Shown here: one piece after another, positions 8,577 to 17,533 of the stretch
Numbering within the stretch: position 1 is the stretch's first letter
Layout of the letters: the number at the start of each line of letters is the position of its first letter
Source: an uncultured Woeseia sp.
GTDB lineage: Bacteria > Pseudomonadota > Gammaproteobacteria > Steroidobacterales > UBA11654
Reading direction: 5' to 3'
Assembly (NCBI GenBank): GCA_964561815.1
Contig: CAZLQT010000003.1
Location: 1-33,062, forward strand
DNA: 33,062 bases
The notes under the pieces: generated by a model
Databases searched by the model: none
What the model was told of the DNA's origin: nothing
What the model saw: only the letters and a program-made list of their open reading frames with translations
Translations under genes and position numbers: made by a program

Positions 8577-9338
8577 TTATTCCATATACATTCCACCATT
8601 TACATGAATGGTTTGACCAGTGATATAAGACCCTGCATTAGAGGCTAAAAAAACAGCAGCTTTAGCTATATCCTCAGGATCTCCAAATCGATCTAAAGGA
8701 ATTTTCTTCATCATCGCTTGATTTAGTTCTTCATTGATGCCCTTAGTCATGTCTGTGGTGATATAACCCGGAGAAATAGTATTTGCAGTTATTCCTCTAG
8801 AGCCAACCTCTAGTGCTATTGATTTTGTAAATCCCTCAAGGGCTGATTTTGTTGCACTATAATGCGCATTCCCTACAGCACCTATTGAACCGACAACAGA
8901 CCCAATGTTAATGATTCTCCCGTGCCTTTTTTTCATCATCCCGCCAATAACTGCTTTAGTCATAAAAAAAACAGAAGACAGATTTGTGTTGATAACCTTA
9001 TTCCAATCCTCTTCTTTAATTCTCATCATTAGGCTTTCCATACTAATGCCTGCATTATTTACTAGGATACTGGGTAGTTCGTTATTTGCTTTAAGATCTT
9101 TCACAATCTGATTAACTTGTTCTGATTTAGAAACATCTAAAACAATACCCCTACCCCTTATCTGGAGTTTCTTAAAACGGTCTGAGATTGATTGAGCTCC
9201 CTCAGGAGTAGTCGCAGTTCCAATCACCAAAGAGTTTGATTGACCAAACAAGTCAGCTATTGATGCTCCAATTCCTCTAGAAGCACCAGTGATAAGTGAA
9301 ATTTCACCTTTAAGCGAGTAATTGTCTAACTCAGTCAT
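8577..9338 (-). CDS. fabG: 3-oxoacyl-ACP reductase
   Basis: ITGASRGIG, LVNNAGI, YSATK catalytic motif, YITGQTIHVNGG; adjacent to acpP. Confidence 0.93.
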   Translation of the reverse strand: MTELDNYSLKGEISLITGASRGIGASIADLFGQSNSLVIGTATTPEGAQSISDRFKKLQIRGRGIVLDVSKSEQVNQIVKDLKANNELPSILVNNAGISMESLMMRIKEEDWNKVINTNLSSVFFMTKAVIGGMMKKRHGRIINIGSVVGSIGAVGNAHYSATKSALEGFTKSIALEVGSRGITANTISPGYITTDMTKGINEELNQAMMKKIPLDRFGDPEDIAKAAVFLASNAGSYITGQTIHVNGGMYME

Positions 9339-9364
9339 ATTTGGATTATACCTTTTGATTAGGT

Positions 9365-10633
9365 CTATCGGTTAGATTCTATTTCCTGATCGTTAATTTT
9401 AAGCATTGAGGATGAGATAAAAGCCACTATTAACAAAACACTAATTAATGCAAAAGGTAATAAATAACCCTGAGTCATGTCGTATAAGACACCTGTTAAA
9501 TATGGCCCTAAACCACCACCTATAGTGTCGAGAATGTTAATGACGCCCATTATTTTTCCTAAGGCTATAATTCCAAATAAGTCTGCTGTTAATAGTTGGA
9601 TCAGAGTATAAAGTCCACCCCACCCTGTCCCATATAGAGCTAGTCCAATCCATATAAAGATAGGGTCTTTGAAAAATAAAGCCAATACGATAAAAATGGA
9701 TCCTATAAGCATTACACCCACCCCTATAAGGAGAACCATTTTTCTTCCAATAATCTCTGCCATCTTTCCGCTTACAACTTTTCCTATAAATCCACCAAAG
9801 AAAATAATAGATACACCTGTGGCTGCTATTTGAGGGGCGTAGTTTTCTTCTCTCATTAATAAGAAAACATGGCCGGTCATAGCTAATATAGAATAGAAAG
9901 TACAAAATGCCATCAGTGATAGTAGCCAGAAATTTTTGGTGCTCAGGGCTTCTGTGAGTGTTAATCCACCTTGCATATTGCTTTGACTAAATTCTTGTTT
10001 CTTTTGTTCTTGCTCTTTTAGTAAGTCTTCTGGACTATCCTTGATAAATAATAGGAGGAAGGGAATGTAACAAAGCGGTATAAGACTGAGCCAAACCATT
10101 ACCTCTCTCCAATCACCAATAGTTAACAGATAAGTATTAATTTGTGGAAATAGACCATTGCCAACACTTGTTCCGGCTAAAAGGATTCCAATAGCTAAGC
10201 CTCGGCTGTTATTGAACCATTTTGAAATTAGTATGACGTTTACAATCATTCCTGAAATACAGAGGACCAGACCCATAAGAACATGGAGTATATACATATC
10301 AGAGAGTGATTGAGCTTGTCCGTAATAAAAGAAAGTAGCTGCAAGAATTAAAAGACCACTGATCATTAATTTTTTTACACCAACTTTATCGGCTAACATT
10401 CCAGAGAAAAATCCAAAAGCTGCTGTTGACCATAAAGTTAATGCATCCCTTAGTTTAAGATCTGCTCTTAAAACATCTTGCCCAGTAATTGCTGAGAGGG
10501 ACTTTATTATTTCTTCTTCAAAAACATAGAGGCCACCTAGTGTTAGGCCATTGGTGAAAGTAATTGTTAGAAAGCAAAAAAACAGGATAACCCATCGATA
10601 ATTTTTCGGATCTTGAGATATTGTGCTGATCAT
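9365..10633 (-). CDS. MFS transporter (MCT/OFA-like)
   Basis: About 12 hydrophobic segments; G.LADKVG.K motif A; WF...RGLAIGI. Confidence 0.88.
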   Translation of the reverse strand: MISTISQDPKNYRWVILFFCFLTITFTNGLTLGGLYVFEEEIIKSLSAITGQDVLRADLKLRDALTLWSTAAFGFFSGMLADKVGVKKLMISGLLILAATFFYYGQAQSLSDMYILHVLMGLVLCISGMIVNVILISKWFNNSRGLAIGILLAGTSVGNGLFPQINTYLLTIGDWREVMVWLSLIPLCYIPFLLLFIKDSPEDLLKEQEQKKQEFSQSNMQGGLTLTEALSTKNFWLLSLMAFCTFYSILAMTGHVFLLMREENYAPQIAATGVSIIFFGGFIGKVVSGKMAEIIGRKMVLLIGVGVMLIGSIFIVLALFFKDPIFIWIGLALYGTGWGGLYTLIQLLTADLFGIIALGKIMGVINILDTIGGGLGPYLTGVLYDMTQGYLLPFALISVLLIVAFISSSMLKINDQEIESNR

Positions 10634-10654
10634 AAATTAATCTTTATTTTTCTC

Positions 10655-10724
10655 TTCATCGAAAGATACATTATTCTATAATTAACCAAAAGCAATGTTT
10701 TTTATTTAATTCGGGTATTAGGAG
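10655..10724 (+). promoter_or_regulatory. Putative sigma70 promoter and RBS for the VOC-like gene
   Basis: TTCATC (10655-10660)-N16-TATAAT (10677-10682); AGGAG at 10720-10724. Confidence 0.4.
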
Positions 10725-10730
10725 TTCATT

Positions 10731-11666
10731 ATGCTGAAATCCATATTAATGGTGACCATGTTAGTTACTAATCTGAGTGTCACTGAGGATGCTTATGAAG
10801 AGTATCTTGGTTACAAAGTTATCGAACAGGGAGTAGTAAGCGATTCCCTTGCGACAATCTGGAATGCTGAGGAGATGATTGATCATCCTTATACAATCAT
10901 GCAGCCAGAAAGTGGTGCAGAAGTTTATTTACGCTTTATAGAGGATCAGCAAACAACGAACTACAAACCCGTTGGAACTCACGGTTGGAATTCTACGGAG
11001 ATACTGGTAGAAGACCCAGATAATCTAGCTAAAGAATTGGTTAATTCTCCTTTTGAAATCATAGGTATGCCATACGATTTATACCCTACTCCTGATGCAC
11101 CAAGAGCAATGCAAGTCCTTGGTCCTTCTAAAGAGATGGTTTATCTTACTCGAATTATTCCAGAGGGATCAGGATTTAATCTTGGTTCAGCTCAATCTTA
11201 CGTTGATCGAGTTTTCATTATGGTGGTTGGCGGTCCTTCAATGGAGGATTTGCAGAACTATTACCGCGATACCTTTGATATGCCTGTGACTGAAGCCTCA
11301 GATTGGACTATAGGTGTTATATCGAGATTAAATGATCTGCCAGAAGATACTACTTATCCACTAGCAGTTGCTGAATTTGAAAAAGATTTCCTTATTGAAT
11401 TAGATGAATACCCAACAGATTCATGCCAATTTTTCTTTTTTTCACTAATCAAAATCTGCGAAGAGGCAATAGTAGCAAGGGAAGTAGCCGAAGGTCATCT
11501 CCCGCCATCGACATCTGTTGTTTCATTTTATGTCGATTCTTTAGATGAAATAGATGTGACTTGGAGAGAAGAGCCAACTGTTATTGATTCATTTCCTTAC
11601 AATAACAGAAGAGTTGGTGTAACTATTGGCGTTGCTGGTGAATGGATTGAATTAATAGAGGAATAA
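10731..11666 (+). CDS. Uncharacterised VOC/glyoxalase-fold-like protein (tandem domains), very acidic
   Basis: VOC-like patterns: VTMLVTNL...AYEEYLGY, YLRFIE, EILVEDPD.L, QVLGPSKEMVYL, YYRDTFDM, C-terminal GVAGEWIELIE. Good RBS. Confidence 0.65.
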   Translation: MLKSILMVTMLVTNLSVTEDAYEEYLGYKVIEQGVVSDSLATIWNAEEMIDHPYTIMQPESGAEVYLRFIEDQQTTNYKPVGTHGWNSTEILVEDPDNLAKELVNSPFEIIGMPYDLYPTPDAPRAMQVLGPSKEMVYLTRIIPEGSGFNLGSAQSYVDRVFIMVVGGPSMEDLQNYYRDTFDMPVTEASDWTIGVISRLNDLPEDTTYPLAVAEFEKDFLIELDEYPTDSCQFFFFSLIKICEEAIVAREVAEGHLPPSTSVVSFYVDSLDEIDVTWREEPTVIDSFPYNNRRVGVTIGVAGEWIELIEE

Positions 11667-11709
11667 CTGATGATCATAGGTTGATCATGAAAGGATTTAA
11701 AAGGTAAGT

Positions 11710-12558
11710 CTAGTCCTCCAAATACTTTGTCTTTTTTAGTATTTTCTCAAATTGGGGATCTTTTTCTTCTAATTGAGACTTAAACGCCTCTTTCATGTCG
11801 TCCTTAAAGTTCATTGCCGTGTTCCACAATGCCACATAGTTCAGAGATTCTTCGATTGAGTGATCTCGATTGTAGTTAATCACTTCCTTTATTCCTGAAA
11901 TAGCTAGCGGTGATTTATTCGCAATTTCTGCAGCCACTGATTCGGCATGATCAATCATCTCATCTTGACTGTCGAATATAGAATTAACTAAGCCGTATTC
12001 AAGAGCTTCCTTTGCAGAGAATCTTCGGCCAGTATAAGCAAGTTCTCTTACCACTCCTTCAGGCATCAAATGAGGCAGCCTTTGCAATGTTCCAACATCA
12101 GCTGCAAGACCAATATTAATTTCTTGTATACAAAAGAAAGCGTCATTGGTTGCATATCTGATATCGCAAGCACTCACCATGTCGACTCCACCACCAATAC
12201 AAGCACCCTGTATTGCTGCAATGACGGGCATTCTAGCTTTTTCTAAACAGCTGATAGTGTATTGAAGATCTCTAGTGACTCTATAGGAGGCCTCATTTTT
12301 TCGACCTAAATTTGTTTCAAGACTGTCCTTTTTAATTTCACCTTCACTAAAGTTAGCAAGATCCATACCAGCACAAAAGTGTTTTCCTTCAGCAGTCAAT
12401 AGAATCACTCTTGCGTCACCTTGATCTGAGATACTATCAATAAGATGTGGAAGTTCAGACCAAAAAGCCTTGGTCATTGTATTCAGCTTTTTGCCTCTAG
12501 ATAGAGACACATGAGCTATATGTCCTTTTAGTTCAAAGTTAAAACAAGTGTAATCCAT
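11710..12558 (-). CDS. Crotonase-family protein, delta3,5-delta2,4-dienoyl-CoA isomerase (ECH1)-like
   Basis: HFCAGMDL, CIGGGVDMVSACDIRY and the ECH1-type signature FCIQEINIGLAADVGTLQRL. Start moved from 12591 to ATG 12558 to avoid overlapping the permease. Confidence 0.88.
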   Translation of the reverse strand: MDYTCFNFELKGHIAHVSLSRGKKLNTMTKAFWSELPHLIDSISDQGDARVILLTAEGKHFCAGMDLANFSEGEIKKDSLETNLGRKNEASYRVTRDLQYTISCLEKARMPVIAAIQGACIGGGVDMVSACDIRYATNDAFFCIQEINIGLAADVGTLQRLPHLMPEGVVRELAYTGRRFSAKEALEYGLVNSIFDSQDEMIDHAESVAAEIANKSPLAISGIKEVINYNRDHSIEESLNYVALWNTAMNFKDDMKEAFKSQLEEKDPQFEKILKKTKYLED

Positions 12559-12563
12559 AGTAA

Positions 12564-13904
12564 TTATTTTAATAGTTTCCTGGCCAGCCAATAAATAACC
12601 ATGGATGAAATAAGACCGGTGATTGCTGGCATAATAAATACAGGTGAGTAGTAAGTGCTGATTGCACCAGCAAGATAAGCTATAAAGGCTGAAGGGTTCC
12701 AGCTAGCAACTCCATCAAAATTACCCTGATGGAATTTTTCTTTATCAATAAGATAATACTCAACTATCACTGGACCAATCAATGGCGGAACTATGCTGGC
12801 TAATAATGCCAAGAAAGCGAAAAAGTATTGATATAAACCTAACCCTAGAATGGTTCCTAAAATTCCGCAGATAACGGTCATTACATGCTTAGGTCTTTTT
12901 AAGATACTAGATGTTTGAATAACGGGAAGATATAAGTTGGCGTCACCTGTTGTCCAAAGTGCAAGACTCATACCAATAATACCAATCCATCCAATAATCA
13001 TTCCTTGTTGCATCAAAATATTTAAATCAACGCCTAGGAAGACAGAGAATAAAGAGTCATTTGAAACAACACCTCCTAAGGCTCCGAGAATCTGCAAAAA
13101 CCATTGAGCGATAATGAGAACTATGAAAGGTATAGCAATTGCTACCCACCCTTTTTTAGCAAACCTTGTGTATTCAGGCATGACTACTGCTCCGACAATC
13201 CAGGAACCGATAACAATATTTATAGCCTCAATCGTAGTCATTTGGCTTTTTGCAGTTATAGCTGTTGATAGCGATTGAAAGCCTGAAAAACCACCTGCCT
13301 GAACTATATTAAGGTAGATAGCATAGAGACCTACAAAAACCAGAACAGCCACTGAGGGAATACTTATTCTTTCGAGCCCTTTAACACCAAAATAAGTTGT
13401 TGCAGTATAGAGAATTCCAGCCAAGATAGCTGTAATGAGAAATGTTGAAGAGGAAAATATTTCAGCTGCCTCAATATTGGGGTGAAGTGCTAGAGTCCAA
13501 GTTATCCCGAAAGCTCCCACCACGATACCTTGCCATCCAATAGTAAGGATAGAGATAAAAAGAACAGGAATATAAGCGCCTACATTTCCATAGACGTATC
13601 TGTAGAGTAACCCACTGTTGCAAGCTGTTTTGTAGCCTATATAACCAACAATTGCCCCTACAATAAAGTTTGCTAAGTTACCCAAAAAGGTTGAAAGGAT
13701 AATATCTGGCCAGAATGGGATACCATTACCCAACTGGCTACCAGTAAATAATCCCGTTACTAAAAAGCCCCACCCAAATGCTAGAGCCAATAAAGGGCCA
13801 GTGTTCCTTCTTTGTTCACTGGATAATGCTGTTAAAGGATTATCAGCACTGTTTTTTTCTGCTTCTATATCTAATGTCCACCATTCTCTAAGTCTTTGTA
13901 ACAT
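12564..13904 (-). CDS. NCS1-family (cytosine permease CodB-like) transporter
   Basis: About 12 TM segments; GLLYRYVYG..G, IGWQG, GVKGLERIS, IVIGSWIVG..MPEYTRF, SIVPPLIG.V..EYY, WNPSA. Confidence 0.82.
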   Translation of the reverse strand: MLQRLREWWTLDIEAEKNSADNPLTALSSEQRRNTGPLLALAFGWGFLVTGLFTGSQLGNGIPFWPDIILSTFLGNLANFIVGAIVGYIGYKTACNSGLLYRYVYGNVGAYIPVLFISILTIGWQGIVVGAFGITWTLALHPNIEAAEIFSSSTFLITAILAGILYTATTYFGVKGLERISIPSVAVLVFVGLYAIYLNIVQAGGFSGFQSLSTAITAKSQMTTIEAINIVIGSWIVGAVVMPEYTRFAKKGWVAIAIPFIVLIIAQWFLQILGALGGVVSNDSLFSVFLGVDLNILMQQGMIIGWIGIIGMSLALWTTGDANLYLPVIQTSSILKRPKHVMTVICGILGTILGLGLYQYFFAFLALLASIVPPLIGPVIVEYYLIDKEKFHQGNFDGVASWNPSAFIAYLAGAISTYYSPVFIMPAITGLISSMVIYWLARKLLK

Positions 13905-13946
13905 CTCTAATACCTTTTAAGGATTGATATTTATCTACGAACAGAA

Positions 13947-13955
13947 ATTCTAGCA
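13947..13955 (-). promoter_or_regulatory. Possible extended -10 promoter for the NCS1 permease
   Basis: Minus strand TGcTAGAAT just past the receptor terminator, about 43 bp upstream of the ATG. Confidence 0.35.
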
Positions 13956-13972
13956 TCAATTAGGATTCATAT

Positions 13973-14005
13973 AAAAAAAACCCCGGTCTCTAGACCGGGG
14001 TTTTT
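13973..14005 (-). terminator. Rho-independent terminator of the TonB-dependent receptor gene
   Basis: Perfect GC-rich stem CCCCGGTC / GACCGGGG with a 4 nt loop; 8 T follow on the minus strand and 5 T on the plus strand; about 20 bp past the stop. Confidence 0.92.
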
Positions 14006-14024
14006 ATTGAATGAACTAACGATA

Positions 14025-16622
14025 TTAAAAATCGTAAGAAATTCTTATGCCAACATTTCTTGGTCTAAGAGGTGTGACCGAGATACCTTGACTTGCCGTG
14101 AATAAGGCGAATGCACTTGGTGAAGCAAAGTCACTCCATCTTGCACAAGCTGTCCAGGCTTCTTCATCGCCAACATTACTGACATAGACTTCCATTCTTA
14201 TGTTATCTCTCTGAATACCACCACGTGCGTTAATGAGACTATAACTATCACAAGTTGCGAAGTTACTTTCATCAGCATAGGTTTCACCAAAATAATTAAG
14301 ATCTGCTCTAAAGAAGGTATCCCAACCATTGCTTAGTGTGTTTTTATACGTAGCACTGAGAGATGCCATATCTTCTGGGTATCTAGGCATTGTGTTACCA
14401 GCCATTTGTGAAAAGCCAGCAAAAGCTGTTACAAAGTTATATTGATAATCATTAAACTCTGAATCAGCCATACCTAATGTACCGTTTAATGACCAGTTGT
14501 CATTAAGCTGAATGTCACCTTCGATTTCAATTCCAGAAATCTCAGAATCACCCATGGCATTAAAGTTTCTCACATTGTAGTAAGGCGTTGACTGATCTAA
14601 CTCAAGCTTTGGAGCACCGACTGATGCACAATACCAGTTAGCAGCTCCAAGATCAGCTGCACGACAGTCTTCATTAATGACTGCTGTACTTCTTCCTTTT
14701 TGGTTTTCCCAATCTGCTTGATAAACAGCAACTGCAAGATTGACTCTTCCAACGGTTCCTTTCCATCCAAATTCAATGCTGTCTAATTCTTCCTCTTTTA
14801 AGAATCGAGCAACATTTGGTTGAGTGGCCTTGTATTGAGCAAGCTCTCTGTCAGTAGCATTTGCTACCGCGTCATTAGCTTTACCTGGGAGAACACCTTT
14901 TGAGTAACTAGCGTAAAACATTGAACTATCACTAGCTTTATACCTAAGGATTATTCGAGGTAAGATATTATCGAAATTCAATTCATTAATCGAAGCTTGT
15001 TGAAGAATTTGTTGAATTTCCTCTTTTTGCCATCTGGCTTCAGCGCTTAGTGTTAGTTGTTCATTAATATCATAATCAACAGCGGCATAAATACCCATTG
15101 ATTGCACATCATCAGAATTATTACCTGATGCACTATCAACGCTGTTACCCGCTCCATATTCGATATGACAACCTCTGCTAGTAAAGTCAAATGGTGCCAA
15201 TGGCGGCCTAATTGAACCTAAGAACCATAGTCCTGGAGGTGCTGGAACACCTGGCGCAACAAAGTAACCTGCCACAGGCATACCAAAGCTGTTTACGCAT
15301 TCTAGAAGAATTGCTCCACCTTGGCCTCTATGAATAAAATGTTGACTGTAACTGTTTGCTCCAACTAGCCATCTTAAATCACTGTCTTGATTACCTAGTA
15401 GCTTAATATCAAAAGTTCGATCTCTAGAGATATAGGGGTCTCTCGCTGTTGAATTACTATGAGCTGTATAGTCAAAGTCTCTTACCCACATTGTAGCAAC
15501 TTTGTTGTAACCCCAGCTTGCCTCAAGAGTCATATCATTATTAAGATCAAATGTAGTATTAACATTGATCCTGTCAATATTTCTTGCCATTCCGTACATT
15601 CCGTCATCCATCATTGGGACTTCACCATCAAAACTTGCTGAGATTGGCAGAGCTGCCATTTTAGCTGCAGCATTACTGCTCATGATTGCGTTCATGTTGA
15701 TAACATTATTTCCACCAAAGTAGTCAACAGCATCACCTGGTCCTGGGACCATTCCACAAATGTAGTTTACAGGGCTTACTGATGGGTTGGCTGGGTCATT
15801 CGTTGTAGCTGAAGTTCCGGTACAGCTATCGTTCCTGTAACCAAGAATATATCCACCTGCTGGCCCACCGTCTCGGTCTTCACTGTGAAAGGCTCTAACT
15901 TTCATTTTCCATGTGTCTCCCTTAGCAACGATGCTACCAATGATAGATTTGGTTTCTTCGGCGCCCATGTCACCACCATCTGCAGCAGTGAAAATTCCGT
16001 CTCTGCTGTAGTGTTTCGCGGCTAACCTAGCAGATAATCCATCTGTAATTGGGCCTTCCATTGAACCATAGATGATATATTCGCCATCTTCACCGAATAA
16101 AAGATCCACATGTCCTTCATTCTCTTCTGAGTTAGGATCCTTGGTGATGTAATTAACAGCACCACCAAAAGTAGATCGGCCATAGAGGGCTGATTGAGGC
16201 CCTTTAACAACTTCAACACGCTCTACCTCTTCAAGAGGTATAGAGTGATATCCGCCAATTACATAAATACCATCCACAAACATTGTTGCGATATTTAATG
16301 AAGGATCTTCAGAGAGGCTATTTACATTCATCCCTCTAAATCTCAGTTGTGAATTAACACGACCTGGTGCTTGTCCACCTTGTGCTGAATGCTGAAAGCC
16401 TGCAACTTGAAGTGAGAGATCTTCTAGATTTTTGAATCCACTTTCTTGGATATCTTCAGCTGAAAAAACTGAGATTGCCAATGGGATTTCAGAAAGATTC
16501 TCTTGACGTTTTCTTGCGGTAACTACTATCTCTTCTAAAGCATCTTGTGCGTAGAGTCCTGGAGAAAGAATTCCAGATAAGCTTACAAACAGGATGGTTG
16601 AAAAAGCTATTAGTTTTTTCAT
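14025..16622 (-). CDS. TonB-dependent outer-membrane receptor
   Basis: Signal peptide ending LYA-Q; TonB box EEIVVTARKR; plug motif ERVEVVKGPQSALYGRSTFGGAVNYIT; C-terminal PRNVGIRISYDF. Confidence 0.96.
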   Translation of the reverse strand: MKKLIAFSTILFVSLSGILSPGLYAQDALEEIVVTARKRQENLSEIPLAISVFSAEDIQESGFKNLEDLSLQVAGFQHSAQGGQAPGRVNSQLRFRGMNVNSLSEDPSLNIATMFVDGIYVIGGYHSIPLEEVERVEVVKGPQSALYGRSTFGGAVNYITKDPNSEENEGHVDLLFGEDGEYIIYGSMEGPITDGLSARLAAKHYSRDGIFTAADGGDMGAEETKSIIGSIVAKGDTWKMKVRAFHSEDRDGGPAGGYILGYRNDSCTGTSATTNDPANPSVSPVNYICGMVPGPGDAVDYFGGNNVINMNAIMSSNAAAKMAALPISASFDGEVPMMDDGMYGMARNIDRINVNTTFDLNNDMTLEASWGYNKVATMWVRDFDYTAHSNSTARDPYISRDRTFDIKLLGNQDSDLRWLVGANSYSQHFIHRGQGGAILLECVNSFGMPVAGYFVAPGVPAPPGLWFLGSIRPPLAPFDFTSRGCHIEYGAGNSVDSASGNNSDDVQSMGIYAAVDYDINEQLTLSAEARWQKEEIQQILQQASINELNFDNILPRIILRYKASDSSMFYASYSKGVLPGKANDAVANATDRELAQYKATQPNVARFLKEEELDSIEFGWKGTVGRVNLAVAVYQADWENQKGRSTAVINEDCRAADLGAANWYCASVGAPKLELDQSTPYYNVRNFNAMGDSEISGIEIEGDIQLNDNWSLNGTLGMADSEFNDYQYNFVTAFAGFSQMAGNTMPRYPEDMASLSATYKNTLSNGWDTFFRADLNYFGETYADESNFATCDSYSLINARGGIQRDNIRMEVYVSNVGDEEAWTACARWSDFASPSAFALFTASQGISVTPLRPRNVGIRISYDF

Positions 16623-16798
16623 AATTTTATCCCCACATAATTTAAAATTAATGCAATTTAACCTAATTGATCATATTGCAAGATTAATATTACACCAATA
16701 ACTGAATTTAAAGTTAAAGTTTTATCTGTATTTAAAGATTAATATTTCTAAAAAGAATAAGTGAGTAATTTTTTAAAGATCCAGAAAATCTTATAAAA

Positions 16799-17533
16799 TT
16801 AGCTGTTTTCAAGTTCTACCAATTCATAATAAGTCTGCATATATCCCCCCACAGCTCCCTTGAGGAAAATATAATCACCGTCATTGGTGCACCAAACATC
16901 ATAGGGTGGATGTTCTTGAGGTAAACCAGGGGTTCCAACAAATCTGTAATGAAGGGCATCAAAGGTTCCTGCCTTAACTGTAACTGATTCTTCTCCAACA
17001 AATTCTATGTTGGAGGTAATAGAGAAAAGCATTGGCCCAGTTGCGCCTCTATGATCTGGCGAAGATAACATCATTTCACCAATGTTTTGAGGGTTTTCAG
17101 ATTTTGAACGATCGAAAAGCCTCAAATGCCAGGCATCACAAGCAATGGCATGATTTTGGAATGTTTTGAGTTGCCCTTGAGTTTTCATTTTTTGGCTTAC
17201 CCGTCCCTCTAGCAATGTATCTGCTTCACATTCAGCATATCCATCACCAAAATTGAACCATCCTGAGCCCATGAATTTGTCATCGACAGAAATCCTCACA
17301 AAGCAATCTAGTGGCAACCAATTTTCATCCAATGAGTACGTTATATCTCTCATAACTGCTGGTCGGTCATCTATTTCACAATGAGCTACTATTTTTCGAT
17401 GCCCATTGCTGTGTTTGTTAATAATGAAATATTCTCGACCTCGTTCTTGGCCCTTACGATCTTCTTTATCACTTAAATAAATAATTTTACCGATAACGGT
17501 TTTGTGATCTTTTTGTAAAATTTTGTCATTCAT
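16799..17533 (-). CDS. Uncharacterised soluble protein, paralog of 3675-4379
   Basis: Shares GREYF, CEID, NWLP.D.FVR.SVD, ECEA, H...DAW, G.TGP and V.AGTF with the 3675 ORF. Likely start ATG 17533 (ATGAATGA overlap with the lipoprotein stop) rather than 17554. Confidence 0.8.
   Translation of the reverse strand: MNDKILQKDHKTVIGKIIYLSDKEDRKGQERGREYFIINKHSNGHRKIVAHCEIDDRPAVMRDITYSLDENWLPLDCFVRISVDDKFMGSGWFNFGDGYAECEADTLLEGRVSQKMKTQGQLKTFQNHAIACDAWHLRLFDRSKSENPQNIGEMMLSSPDHRGATGPMLFSITSNIEFVGEESVTVKAGTFDALHYRFVGTPGLPQEHPPYDVWCTNDGDYIFLKGAVGGYMQTYYELVELENS

Noticed and set aside
624-9338. Secondary-metabolite biosynthetic cluster (FabH + ACP + FabG + oxygenases)
   Set aside because: ACP and FabG look like canonical housekeeping proteins in tmk-holB synteny, and no PKS/NRPS or acyl ligase is present.
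10731-10800. Apparent signal peptide MLKSILMVTMLVTNLS
   Set aside because: Better explained as the first strand and helix of a VOC domain; no clear AxA cleavage site.
11670-11688. Hairpin ATGATCA-TAGGT-TGATCAT between convergent genes
   Set aside because: AT-rich 7 bp stem with no U-tract; too weak to call a terminator.
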